Assembly: GCA_951406725.2 (NCBI GenBank)
Contig: OX597827.1
Span: 46,996,001 to 47,060,000, forward strand
Direction of reading: 5' to 3'
From: Octopus vulgaris
Taxonomy: Eukaryota
Length of the DNA stretch: 64,000 bases
The stretch's first letter is position 1; each line of letters starts with the position of its first letter. The position numbers were made by a program, and so were the translations under genes. The notes under the pieces are model-generated. The model worked only from the letters and a program-made list of their open reading frames with translations. It was not told where the DNA came from and did not search any database. Shown here in pieces: positions 52,658-64,000 of the stretch.

Positions 52658-52771
52658 ATATATATATATATATATATGTACATGATATATACACACTTGG
52701 TAAATATATATGCATGCGTACACACACACACTCATATATACTTATATATAGTATACATACATACAAACATG

Positions 52772-52823
<52 letters not shown>

Positions 52824-52920
52824 CTTGAAACAATTACCAAAGTCTCTACAACTTCATTTGATATCTGTGGAAAGCCATTGCTTAATAATAATAATAACAA
52901 CAACAGTTATAATAATAATA

Positions 52921-52957
<37 letters not shown>

Positions 52958-52978
52958 CAACAATAATAATAATAATAA

Positions 52979-55591
52979 GGAACACCGGGGACGTTTAAGA
53001 CGTAAGAACGATAAAACAGGAACACCGGGAACGATAAAACAGTGCTCCGAAATCTATTCACAAACACCGAAAACAAAGACATCGTATGGAGCCAAAAATT
53101 TACTAACAAAGGACTGGACTATATCCGAGTAAGTAATACTCATTGAAATTTATTACTATTTTCGAAACAAAATGATGTATTTTAACTCGATATCATCTCC
53201 ACCTCTAACACAACACATGTAAAGATGCGTGGACCATTACGATCCATCAACACCAGATCATCCCTGACCCCAAATACCATGTACAAAAAAAAAACTACGA
53301 AGAAATTAAATAACAACGATATCATTCAACCCAAGAATAACAATCGGGAAGTACGTACTTTAAACTTACAACAAAAAATGTACGAAAAACCATCTTAATT
53401 CCCAAATCAAATGAGACAGCAAAACCAGAAAACGACAGACCAATAACCTGTCTCCCTACAATGTACAAGGCATTTACTGCAGTGATATCGCAAAGGTTGA
53501 ACAAGCACCTGGACGAAAACAACCTGTTTCCAGAAGAGCAGAAAGGATGTCGCAAAGGCTCATATGGCTGTAAAGATCAACTAATGATTAATAAAGCCAT
53601 AACTGAAGACAGCCACAGAAAGAAGAAAGGCCTCAGTATGGCCTGGATCGACTACAAAAGGGCGTTTGATAGCATCCCCCACACATGGATCCTCGAAACA
53701 CTAGCCATTAACAAAGTAGCACCAACAATTATAAAATTCATAGGATACTCTATGAATAAATGGCAAACATTGCTACAGCTCCAAACAAAAGAGGGACTCA
53801 TGAAAACCAAAGCCATCCCCATTAGAAGAGGAATATTCCAGGGAGACATGCTCTCTCCACTCCTTTTCTGCTTGGCATTGTCACCTCTATCTGATATGCT
53901 AAATAGAACTGGATGCGGATATAAATGTTACGGCAAAACGATCAGCCACCTTTTATATATGGATGACCTAAAACTATACGCTGCAAATGACAAACAGCTG
54001 GAAACACTATTAAAGACAGTTCATGGATTTACCAAAGAAATAGATATGAAATTTGGATTAGAAAAATGCGCCAAAGTAACCCTGAAAAGAGGAAAACTAG
54101 TTAGGAGTAGCAACATCACACTAGATAAAACCAATGAAATAAAAGAATTAGACCTAAGCCAAACTTACAAATACTTAGGAATCCATGAACTAGATAAGAC
54201 ACAACACACACAAATGAAAGAGAAAATAAAAAAAGAATATTATAGACGAGTTAGATCAATACTAAAAACAGAGCTCAACGCTAAAAACAAGATAATAGGT
54301 GTTAACACTTTAGCTGACCCCGTTATAAGTTACAGCTACAATATCCTTAACTGGACACTAAATGAACTGACCAAAATAGATAGGAAAACAAGAAAAATAA
54401 TGACAGGATCTAAGATGCATCACCCAAAATCTGACATAGAAAGACTATATATACAACGTATAGAAGGTGGTAGAGGCCTTATACAGCTGGAAAACTACTA
54501 TAAAATAACTACTTCAGAAGGAAGGAAAACTGATACAAATAGCGGGAAAACACGAGCAAAAAAAAAACTGTTCTCAGTATTTAAGGAAGCTGACAAATAC
54601 AAACAAGAAATCATACCACCTAACAAATATGAAGAAGAAGAAGAAGAAGATGAAGAAACGACAAAAGTTATAAAACAAATGAAATCCAAACTAAAACTAG
54701 AACAGCAAAGAACCATGATAAAACGATGGCAAGAAAAGCACTTTCATGGTAAATACTGGACTGAACTAAATGCAAAAGAAATAGACAAAGAAAAATCCCA
54801 ACAATGGTTGAGAAACTCAGGACTCAAAGCAAAGTCAGAGGGATTTTTAATTGCAGTACAAGACCAAAGCCTCCCCACCAGAAATTACCAAAAACATGTA
54901 ATGAAAAGAAATGTAACAAGTAACTGCAGAATATGTGGAGATGGACAAGAAACAATAAATCATATTATCTCTGGCTGCCCAGTCCTAGCTAAGAAGAAAT
55001 ATATTCACAGACACAACACAGTTGGGACCTACATACACTGGAAGCTATGCCAACATTATGGAATAACAACAGAAAAAAGATGGTATAGGCACATACCAGA
55101 AAAGGTCACAGAAAATGAGAAAGCAACCATACTCTGGGATATGTCGATACACACAGATAGAGAAATTAAGGCCAACAGACCAGATATAGTTGTCAGAGAT
55201 CATAAAGAAAAAAAATGCTTTCTAATTGATGTATCAATACCGGCAGATGACAACGTGTCACTAAAAGAAATGGAGAAACTCTCAAAATACAAAGACCTGG
55301 AAATAGAGGTAACCAGAATGTGGAATCTAAAAACAGAAACAATCCCTGTCATAGTAGGTGCATTAGGCATGATAAAAAAATATTCAGACAAATACATAAC
55401 AAAAACACCAGGACTTACAAACACATATAACTTACAGAAAATTGTACTACTAGGCACTGCACACATCCTACGCAGAACACTTTCCATACAATAACCATCA
55501 GAGCATCACAACAAATCACAGCACATACCCAAGGCACACACAGCTGCGCTCGGTAGTGAAGTGAAAGCACGCTATAAAAATAAAACTACTG
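52979..55591 (+). mobile_element. R4/Dong-like RLE non-LTR retrotransposon, 5'-truncated/decayed, in (AAT)n
   Basis: (AAT)n at 52884-52978 and 55592-55607; 5' part has stops but keeps RPITCLPT; Dong elements are known to target (TAA)n. Confidence 0.9.
53461..55494 (+). CDS. RT + CCHC + restriction-like endonuclease polyprotein (partial)
   Basis: EQKG, WIDYKRAFDSIPH, GIFQGDMLSPLLF, HLLYMDDLKLY, YKYLG, GGRGL, CRICGDGQETINHIISGC, YIHRHN, NRPDIV...IDVSIP...EKLSKY. Confidence 0.95.
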   Translation: MYKAFTAVISQRLNKHLDENNLFPEEQKGCRKGSYGCKDQLMINKAITEDSHRKKKGLSMAWIDYKRAFDSIPHTWILETLAINKVAPTIIKFIGYSMNKWQTLLQLQTKEGLMKTKAIPIRRGIFQGDMLSPLLFCLALSPLSDMLNRTGCGYKCYGKTISHLLYMDDLKLYAANDKQLETLLKTVHGFTKEIDMKFGLEKCAKVTLKRGKLVRSSNITLDKTNEIKELDLSQTYKYLGIHELDKTQHTQMKEKIKKEYYRRVRSILKTELNAKNKIIGVNTLADPVISYSYNILNWTLNELTKIDRKTRKIMTGSKMHHPKSDIERLYIQRIEGGRGLIQLENYYKITTSEGRKTDTNSGKTRAKKKLFSVFKEADKYKQEIIPPNKYEEEEEEDEETTKVIKQMKSKLKLEQQRTMIKRWQEKHFHGKYWTELNAKEIDKEKSQQWLRNSGLKAKSEGFLIAVQDQSLPTRNYQKHVMKRNVTSNCRICGDGQETINHIISGCPVLAKKKYIHRHNTVGTYIHWKLCQHYGITTEKRWYRHIPEKVTENEKATILWDMSIHTDREIKANRPDIVVRDHKEKKCFLIDVSIPADDNVSLKEMEKLSKYKDLEIEVTRMWNLKTETIPVIVGALGMIKKYSDKYITKTPGLTNTYNLQKIVLLGTAHILRRTLSIQ

Positions 55592-55606
55592 AATAATAAT
55601 AATAAT

Positions 55607-55721
55607 ATGCCCTGATGCATGTGCCTAGTGTACCCTTATCAGACGGGTAGTCATGATAGGCATACTGGGCTTCGTATATTTTACCCCAGTGTCACTTTGA
55701 TGGCATGCATTAGTCTCTCAC

Positions 55722-55722
<1 letters not shown>
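55607..55722 (+). mobile_element. 3' fragment of the (AAT)n-associated repeat
   Basis: Matches 27000-27113; followed by (AAT)n. Confidence 0.8.
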
Positions 55723-55767
<45 letters not shown>

Positions 55768-55885
55768 GACCAACGTGAAATGAAAAGCTTTTCTCAAGAT
55801 CACAGCGCAAAGCCCGGTCTGGGAATCGAAGCCACAATCTCGCTATCGTGAGTGCAACACCTTAACCACTAAGCCATATATATAT

Positions 55886-55968
<83 letters not shown>

Positions 55969-55969
55969 A

Positions 55970-56080
<111 letters not shown>

Positions 56081-56488
56081 ATGCAATACTAGAGTATTGC
56101 TTTTCAGTAAAGAATATTCCGTGAGGGAAAAATACACAAAGTAAATAAATGGCACAACGAAGTACCGATATTTACTGGAAATAGCGAACGTAATAATACG
56201 ACGCTAATGTATAGCTTCACCGGAAGAAGTTTCAATAAATTAGTAATGCAATACTAGAGTATTGCTTTCCAGTAAAGAATATTCCGTGAGGGAAAAATAC
56301 ACAAAGTAAATAAATGGCACAACGAAGTACCGATATTTACTGGAAATAGCGAACGTAATAATACGACGCTAATGTATAGCTTCCCCGCGTATGTATTAGC
56401 AAAAATGCGTGTGTGCAACAAACTAGAAAAAAATTGTCTTACCATAGGGAGAACATCTGAAAGATGAAATACCTGGAAAAGGATAATG

Positions 56489-56558
56489 TGGGACCTACAA
56501 GTTTCAGATTTTTCAAGATATGTCTGCAACCATAATCTTGATCTATCTTCATCAGCCA
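56489..56558 (-). ncRNA. Hammerhead ribozyme, mirror copy with mutated helix III (CTTGTAGG)
   Basis: Reverse complement of 56820-56889 with two substitutions in the palindrome. Confidence 0.7.
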
Positions 56559-56819
56559 AAACATATACCACGACAAAATTTCAGATGTAACCACATTAAT
56601 GCCATTACACTCGACTGAAACGCCGAAACGCTAAAGCACGAGAACGGTGAAGAAGTTTCAATAAATTAGTAATGCAATACTAGAGTATTGCTTTCCAGTA
56701 AAGAATAGCCCGTGAGGGAAAAATACACAAAGTAAATAAATGGCACAACGAAGTACCGATATTTACTGGAAATAGCGAACGTAGTGGTTACATTTGAAAT
56801 TTTGTCGTGGTATATGTTT

Positions 56820-56889
56820 TGGCTGATGAAGATAGATCAAGATTATGGTTGCAGACATATCTTGAAAAATCTGAAACCTGCAGGTCCCA
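56820..56889 (+). ncRNA. Type I hammerhead ribozyme
   Basis: TGG [CTGATGA] AGAT..CAAGAT...ATCTTG..ATCT [GAAA] CCTGCAGG [TC] CCA: canonical core, extended stem II, palindrome ACCTGCAGGT, GUC site. Confidence 0.82.
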
Positions 56890-57055
56890 CATTATCCTTT
56901 TCCAGGTATTTCATCTTTCAGATGTTCTCCCTGGAGGTAAGACAATTTTTTCTAGTTTGTTGCACACACGCATTTTTGCTAATACATACGCGGTGAAGCT
57001 ATACATTAGCGTCGTATTATTACTATTTCCATTACGTACTTCGCATTTATTTATT

Positions 57056-57132
<77 letters not shown>

Positions 57133-57226
57133 CCATAATCTTGATCTATCTTCAAATATCAGTACTTCGTTGTGCCGTTGATTTACCTCGTCGTCGTTTA
57201 CGATATACATGTATATCTGTGTGTGT

Positions 57227-57469
<243 letters not shown>

Positions 57470-57492
57470 ACACACACAGATATACATGTATA

Positions 57493-57876
57493 TCGTCGCA
57501 GCTCTTCGTCGGTTACGACGACGAGGGTTCCAGTTGATCCGATCAACGGAATAGCCTGCTAGTAAATTTGACGTGTAAGTGGCTGAGCACTCCACAGACA
57601 CGTGTACACTTAACGTAGTTCTCGGGGAGATTCAGCGTGACACAGAGTGTGACAAGGCTGGCTCTTTCAAGTACAGGTACAACAGAAACAGGAAGAAAGA
57701 CTGAGAGAAAGTTGTAGTGAAAGGCTACGGCAGAGTTCACACCCCCCTGCCGGAGGCTCGTGGATCTTTGGGTGTTTTCCCCTCAATAAACACACACAAC
57801 ACCCGGTCTGGGAATCGAAACTACGATCCTACGACCGCGAGTCCGCTGCCCTGACCATTGGGTCATTGCCCTTCCA
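57493..57876 (-). mobile_element. Family C SINE
   Basis: Homologous to 29078-29443. Confidence 0.88.
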
Positions 57877-58283
57877 CACACACACACACACACATATTAA
57901 AAGTATGTTAAGCCATTGCGAAAAATTTGAACGTATCATTTGTGTTTGAAGGTGTTTCTGCTATTTCTCTATTTCCATCATTTTGTTTATATATCTCTGA
58001 TACTGGCTTACTTCATCTCATGGGCAAATAGGTGTAGATTTACATCGTCGTACATCTCAAGACATTCACACTCAGTACAGCACATCTTGTCGCTGATACA
58101 TCGGTTATGTTTTTCAGTATTCTCTATTTATTTTCTTTTTCCCTTTAAATCACATCAGTCATTCATAAATCAAATCAACAAAGTGAAGAGGAACTTTCAG
58201 ATATTTATGTAATATGAGAACTTGAGAGCTTCGTCATAACTGGTCTGAAGCCGGTGTTTAATATATATACATATATGTATGCA

Positions 58284-58454
58284 TACCTACCTACCTACCT
58301 ACCTACCTACCTACCTACCTACCTACCTACCTACCTACCTACCTACCTGCCTGCCTGCCTACCTACCTACCTACTTACCTACCTATCTACCTACCTATCT
58401 ACCTACCTACCTACCTACCTACCTACCCACACACCTACCTACCTACCTACCTAC

Positions 58455-58512
<58 letters not shown>
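58284..58512. repeat. (CTAC)n/(CTAT)n microsatellite
   Basis: Direct reading. Confidence 0.95.
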
Positions 58513-58513
<1 letters not shown>

Positions 58514-58647
58514 GGTATGGTCGTGGAAACAGGAAAAATAAAACTGAAAGTGCAAACACACGAAGCTCTCAAACCTTGAGTCACTATGTTACTTCTGTTA
58601 AATTTTAATAAACAAAAAATATACATACATACATATATATATACATA

Positions 58648-58697
<50 letters not shown>

Positions 58698-58722
58698 CAT
58701 ACATACATACATACATGCATAC

Positions 58723-58778
<56 letters not shown>

Positions 58779-58922
58779 CAATAATAAATCTCTATAAACA
58801 GTACCCGCTCGACAACGTAAAGTATACTGCCTAAAGCCAGCTGGAGACGATGATCTGCTGGGGCTAAAAGCTACAGTAACACCCACCCTTAGTGGTCAGC
58901 CATATTGAGATGGCTAGTATAC

Positions 58923-58978
<56 letters not shown>

Positions 58979-59050
58979 AATACACACACATGCATACACA
59001 CACATGTATATATGTATCTGCCTGTCTGTCTCCCTCTCTCTCTTTCTTTC

Positions 59051-59139
<89 letters not shown>

Positions 59140-59298
59140 CATATATATATAAAGACTCGTTTAATTGACCAACAGTATAATATTTGTAATAATAAAGTAG
59201 TTTTAGAGCCAGCCATTTGGCGTCTTCGAGTATGTGACATTACTTGGTAGTTGCTCTTACAATTTTATATTTATGTTTATAAAATTATATACTTTATA

Positions 59299-59355
<57 letters not shown>

Positions 59356-59543
59356 TATATTTATAAAAGACACAGGTGTTGCTAGTTGTAGAAGGTTGCT
59401 CGTCATGTGGCCTTGAGTTCCGTCTAGCTACGTAACAAGCTAGGCAGGTGTCTCCCATTGTAACCCTGGGATGACCACAGGGTTGTAAGTGGATTTAGTC
59501 GACGGAGACTGAAAAACGTCTGTCGTTTACGTATATATATAAT

Positions 59544-59592
<49 letters not shown>

Positions 59593-59743
59593 GGAGGAAA
59601 TAATTCACGAGAAAAATAATTCACGAAAAAATAACATGCGAAGATATCATTGACTTTGTTATTATCTAGTGTAACAATTCAAAAATGATAATAGCAGAAT
59701 CAACGATATAGGCTATTGCTTCCCCCCAAAAGGCATTAAATAG

Positions 59744-59913
59744 CTGAAAGATTAAAATTAATCAAAGGACATACTAAGTATGTATACCTGCTGGAAATAA
59801 CAGTTAAAACTCTTATTAAATAAGAGTTTTGGCGATTTAAATAAGATCTTTGACTGTTATTTCCAGCAGGTAGACATACTTAGTATGTCCTTTGATTAAT
59901 TTTAATCCTTCAG
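59744..59913. repeat. ~170 bp hairpin with ~65 bp arms
   Basis: ctgaaagattaaaattaatcaaaggacatactaagtatgt..cctgctggaaataacagt versus actgttatttccagcagg..acatacttagtatgtcctttgattaattttaatccttcag. Confidence 0.88.
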
Positions 59914-59920
59914 ATCTACA

Positions 59921-60039
<119 letters not shown>

Positions 60040-60087
60040 TTGAATGAAACAGTTCTAGTCCTGTAAAGCTCCTTCTAAAATAAATAA

Positions 60088-60125
<38 letters not shown>

Positions 60126-60136
60126 TATATAGAAGG

Positions 60137-60187
60137 AGCTTCTACAGGACTAGTACTGTTTCATTCAAGAGAAATCTTCAGGAAGCT
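60137..60187 (-). ncRNA. Type I hammerhead ribozyme with formed helix III
   Basis: AGCTTC [CTGAAGA] TTTC-TCTT-GAAT [GAAA] CAG-TACTAGTC-CTG [TA] GAAGCT. Confidence 0.8.
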
Positions 60188-60519
60188 ATTTAACAAGAAT
60201 TGTATTAGCATTTATACATTTAGGCAGGTTTAAAGGAGTGGTGGTGGGGGACTTTTTGGGGGTAGGCATAGCGCAAAATATCATACTTGGGGGAGTGGTC
60301 AAGGAGTCAGTGGTAAGTTAGATGAAAGAATAGATAAATAAAAAAATAAAAAAAAATATAAAAAATAAAAAAATAAAATAAAAAAAAAAATAAAAAAATA
60401 AAAAATATAAAAAATATATATAAAAAAAATATATATAAAATATATATATAAAAAAATATATATATAAAAAAAGGGGGGATAGAGTTATAGGTAAATAAGG
60501 AGATTCTCACTTATACCTA

Positions 60520-60578
60520 TACACACATGTATACGTATCTACACACACATACATACATACACATATATATACACACAC

Positions 60579-60611
<33 letters not shown>

Positions 60612-61502
60612 CACATATATACATATACATATGTACACACATACATACATATCTACATACACACATACATACACCCGCCCACATATACAAATTTATACAC
60701 ATGCACATGCCTATACCTGTCTACACATACACACACGTATATATGCATACACTCACTCCCATGCATGCACGCATACACACATGTATATATATATATATAT
60801 ATACCCACGACCACACATACATATATACACATAAAAATATATATTCATACGCACATACACTCATGCACACACAACACACCTAGTTCCCTATATACACATA
60901 TTTACACCTATATATACATACACCCACATACACCTATGTACACATATATATATATAAACATATACACGCATACATATATATACATGTGTGCACATACATA
61001 CATACACACATATATACATACACATACACATACACATGTGTACCTATACATACCTACACATACACACATACATACATACAAATATACATATACATATATA
61101 TATATATACAATCCAATACAGGCCCATTCCCTAATTTTAATTTTATTATCTTCATTTATTACTTTTGTTATCTTTGATCGCTAGGGCTAAGAATCCTGGC
61201 AATGGCTGCATGTCCATTTGTCTGTCTACTAGAAGGCAAGTACTCATTCCCGCACGCACACTCATTAGCACGTACATTCACCCATTCGTACACTCATACA
61301 CATACACGTACGCACGCGTTATATTCATACATACAAACATCTACATACGTTCACGTATATACACATACGTACTCGTACCTACAGATTCGTGTCTACACTT
61401 TAGGAGGCTAGTCTATACATATACACCAATAAATATACATATATATATATATATATACCCGCATATACATACACACACACACATATATACTCCTACATAC
61501 AG

Positions 61503-61563
<61 letters not shown>

Positions 61564-62055
61564 CATACACATACACACATACATATACACACACATACAT
61601 ACACATATATATACATACACAAACATATATACACACATATATATATACATACACACATACACACATACATACGTATACATACATACATACATCCATACAT
61701 CCATACTTACATGCATTTATACGCATACACACACCCATCTATATATATGTATATATATATATATATATATATACACACTCACACATACATATACAAATCT
61801 ACGCACACACATACATACATACACGTATACGCATACACGCACATACACATATACATGCGTACCCATACACGTGCACACACGCACGCGCATCCATATATAT
61901 ACACACACACACATATATATACACGTGTGCAAGCATACATACATACTCATACGCGCACACATACTTACAAATACATATATGCACACACTTACACACATAT
62001 ATATACATACACATATACATGCATACATACATATATGCATACATACACACACGCA

Positions 62056-62097
<42 letters not shown>

Positions 62098-62162
62098 TAT
62101 ATACATATATAGATATACATACACATACATACACATACACATACATACACACATATATACAC

Positions 62163-62195
<33 letters not shown>

Positions 62196-62400
62196 TACAT
62201 ATATACACATATACATACATATACATACACACACACATACATATATACATATACACTGATACACATACCCATACATACACATGCATATACTTATATCACT
62301 ACATACTCACATATATAAACATATATACATATACACACATACATATATACATGTACATACACATACGCATGCATATATATATATATACATATATATACAC

Positions 62401-62441
<41 letters not shown>

Positions 62442-62699
62442 TACATATACACATATACATGTATACATACGCAAAAATGATACACATATATACACATACA
62501 CACACACAGACAGATGCATATACATACATATATATATATAAACTACATATCTATATAAATACATACATAATACACATATACACACACATATATATACATT
62601 CATGCATATACATATACAAGTATACATACACATACATACACACACACGCGCACACATACATATACACACACACATATACAAATACATACATACACACAT

Positions 62700-62732
<33 letters not shown>

Positions 62733-63101
62733 CATACATGTACACATACACATATGTATATATATATCAACAAGGGAGGGTAAAGTTAATTAGTTATTAA
62801 TCAATTTCATCAAGTGTTCAGTATGTAAAGGGACCATTATTATTTTGAGTAAACAATGTTAGAGGGAAAAAAATTCTCTAAGTAGTGGAAGAGGCTAAAA
62901 AACTTTATTGGCTGCTATTTCTAGAAAGTTTAGTATGTGGCAAAGTAATTTATTTTATTTTCCTAAGCCCTAATTATATAATATTTTATACATACATACA
63001 CATACATAAGCACATACATTTACACATACATATGCATATACATATATACACATATACATACAAACACATATACACATATACACACACACACACATACAAG
63101 C

Positions 63102-63142
<41 letters not shown>

Positions 63143-63290
63143 AATATATATACATATATATTTTTACATGCATACATACACACACACACACATAATACAT
63201 GCGTATATTCCTACTGTACCCATGCATTTCTATACATATATACATACATACATACGATACACATATACAAGCGTGCACATATAATATGTG
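60520..63290. repeat. Long degenerate (TA)/(CA) low-complexity tract with short unique islands
   Basis: Direct reading. Confidence 0.9.
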
Positions 63291-63368
63291 AAAGGTCTTA
63301 GGAGAAAAGGTAATCGGGGGTGCTAGGGGAACAGTGGGGTGGGGGGGGTTGTAGGGGGGGGGTTGTCA

Positions 63369-63998
63369 TCAATCAGGTTGCCGGGTAGGTCTATAGTTCT
63401 TGTAGTTCGCATACTTCTTATGCATGCAATTTGGGGAGTGTTCTGAAAATTTGTTAAGGAGAGGGCCTTTGGCGAACAAGATCTCTAGGCTCTCTGATAT
63501 GCATAGGTCACAGCAGGTATGTCCTCCTGTGTACGAGCGCGCCTTCTGTAGTAGTTTCCACTTGGTCTTGAAGGGGATTGAGTTCCTTTTAAGGTACCAG
63601 ATGTGGGCGGCGAGGGTAGTTTGGTTGGATTTATCCTGTCGCCGGAACGAGTGTGTATGTGCATACCAGCGGGTCTTAAAGCTGTTTGACGTCATTCCAA
63701 TGTAGGATTTACTTTTATCGTCAAGGCCTGATCTTACCTCGCATTTATATACTAGGTCCCTCTGTAGGCAGTTGTTGTTGAGGGGGCAGGTGGTTTTATC
63801 ATGGCAGTTGCAATTGCTATCGGACGTTGGATGGGCCCCGGAGAAAGTAGATATGTTAAGTTTTTTCACATTGTTGTTGGCTAGGTTCCTGGCTAGGTTG
63901 GGCGTGGTAGAGTAGGAGAGTCTAATAGTGTTCTTATTTAGGATAGTGTAGTACTTATGTTGGGTGGGGAAGTGTTTCTGTAGGAGAGTGAAAAAGAT
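63369..63998 (-). CDS. PLE C-terminus with GIY-YIG endonuclease, Naiad-like (continues beyond the window)
   Basis: Frame is open to the edge: LLQKHFP..H...ILNKNTIRLSYSTTPN; CNCHDKTTCPLNNNCL; LVYKCEV...YIGMT...FKTRWYAH; CDLCISE; LLNKFSE...CMH. Clade assignment is from recalled motifs. Confidence 0.88.
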   Translation of the reverse strand: MFFTLLQKHFPTQHKYYTILNKNTIRLSYSTTPNLARNLANNNVKKLNISTFSGAHPTSDSNCNCHDKTTCPLNNNCLQRDLVYKCEVRSGLDDKSKSYIGMTSNSFKTRWYAHTHSFRRQDKSNQTTLAAHIWYLKRNSIPFKTKWKLLQKARSYTGGHTCCDLCISESLEILFAKGPLLNKFSEHSPNCMHKKYANYKNYRPTRQPD

Positions 63999-64000
63999 CT

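Noticed and set aside
63369-63998. Selenoprotein-type Naiad (in-frame UGA at Cys positions)
   Set aside because: All visible conserved Cys codons are TGY; TGA appears only as the terminal stop.

Overview
AT-rich, repeat-saturated animal genomic DNA, most likely octopus (inferred from the tRNA-derived SINE families and the density of (TA)n/(CA)n/(AAT)n/(TATC)n microsatellites). I found no host protein-coding gene I can support; most listed ORFs are translated microsatellites. All recognisable coding sequence is transposon-derived: (1) a Neptune-like Penelope-like element (PLE; RT + GIY-YIG) present as a ~4.7 kb head-to-head palindrome at 10.5-15.3 kb; (2) a second, Naiad-like PLE running off the right edge; (3) an R4/Dong-like RLE LINE at 53-55.6 kb; (4) an ORF1-only L1/Tx1-like element with a TSD inside a SINE tRNA head at 45.6-47.8 kb; (5) CR1, Tx1, Dong and Tc1/mariner fragments and one MITE. 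The strongest unannotated signal is non-coding: about a dozen hammerhead ribozyme (HHR) motifs of several sequence families, mostly in short elements beside (TA)n tracts, and four of these loci share a tail-out foldback architecture. A three-copy fixed-spacing motif at 22.0-22.35 kb is a candidate enhancer. Coordinates were read by eye and family names come from recalled motifs, not database searches.
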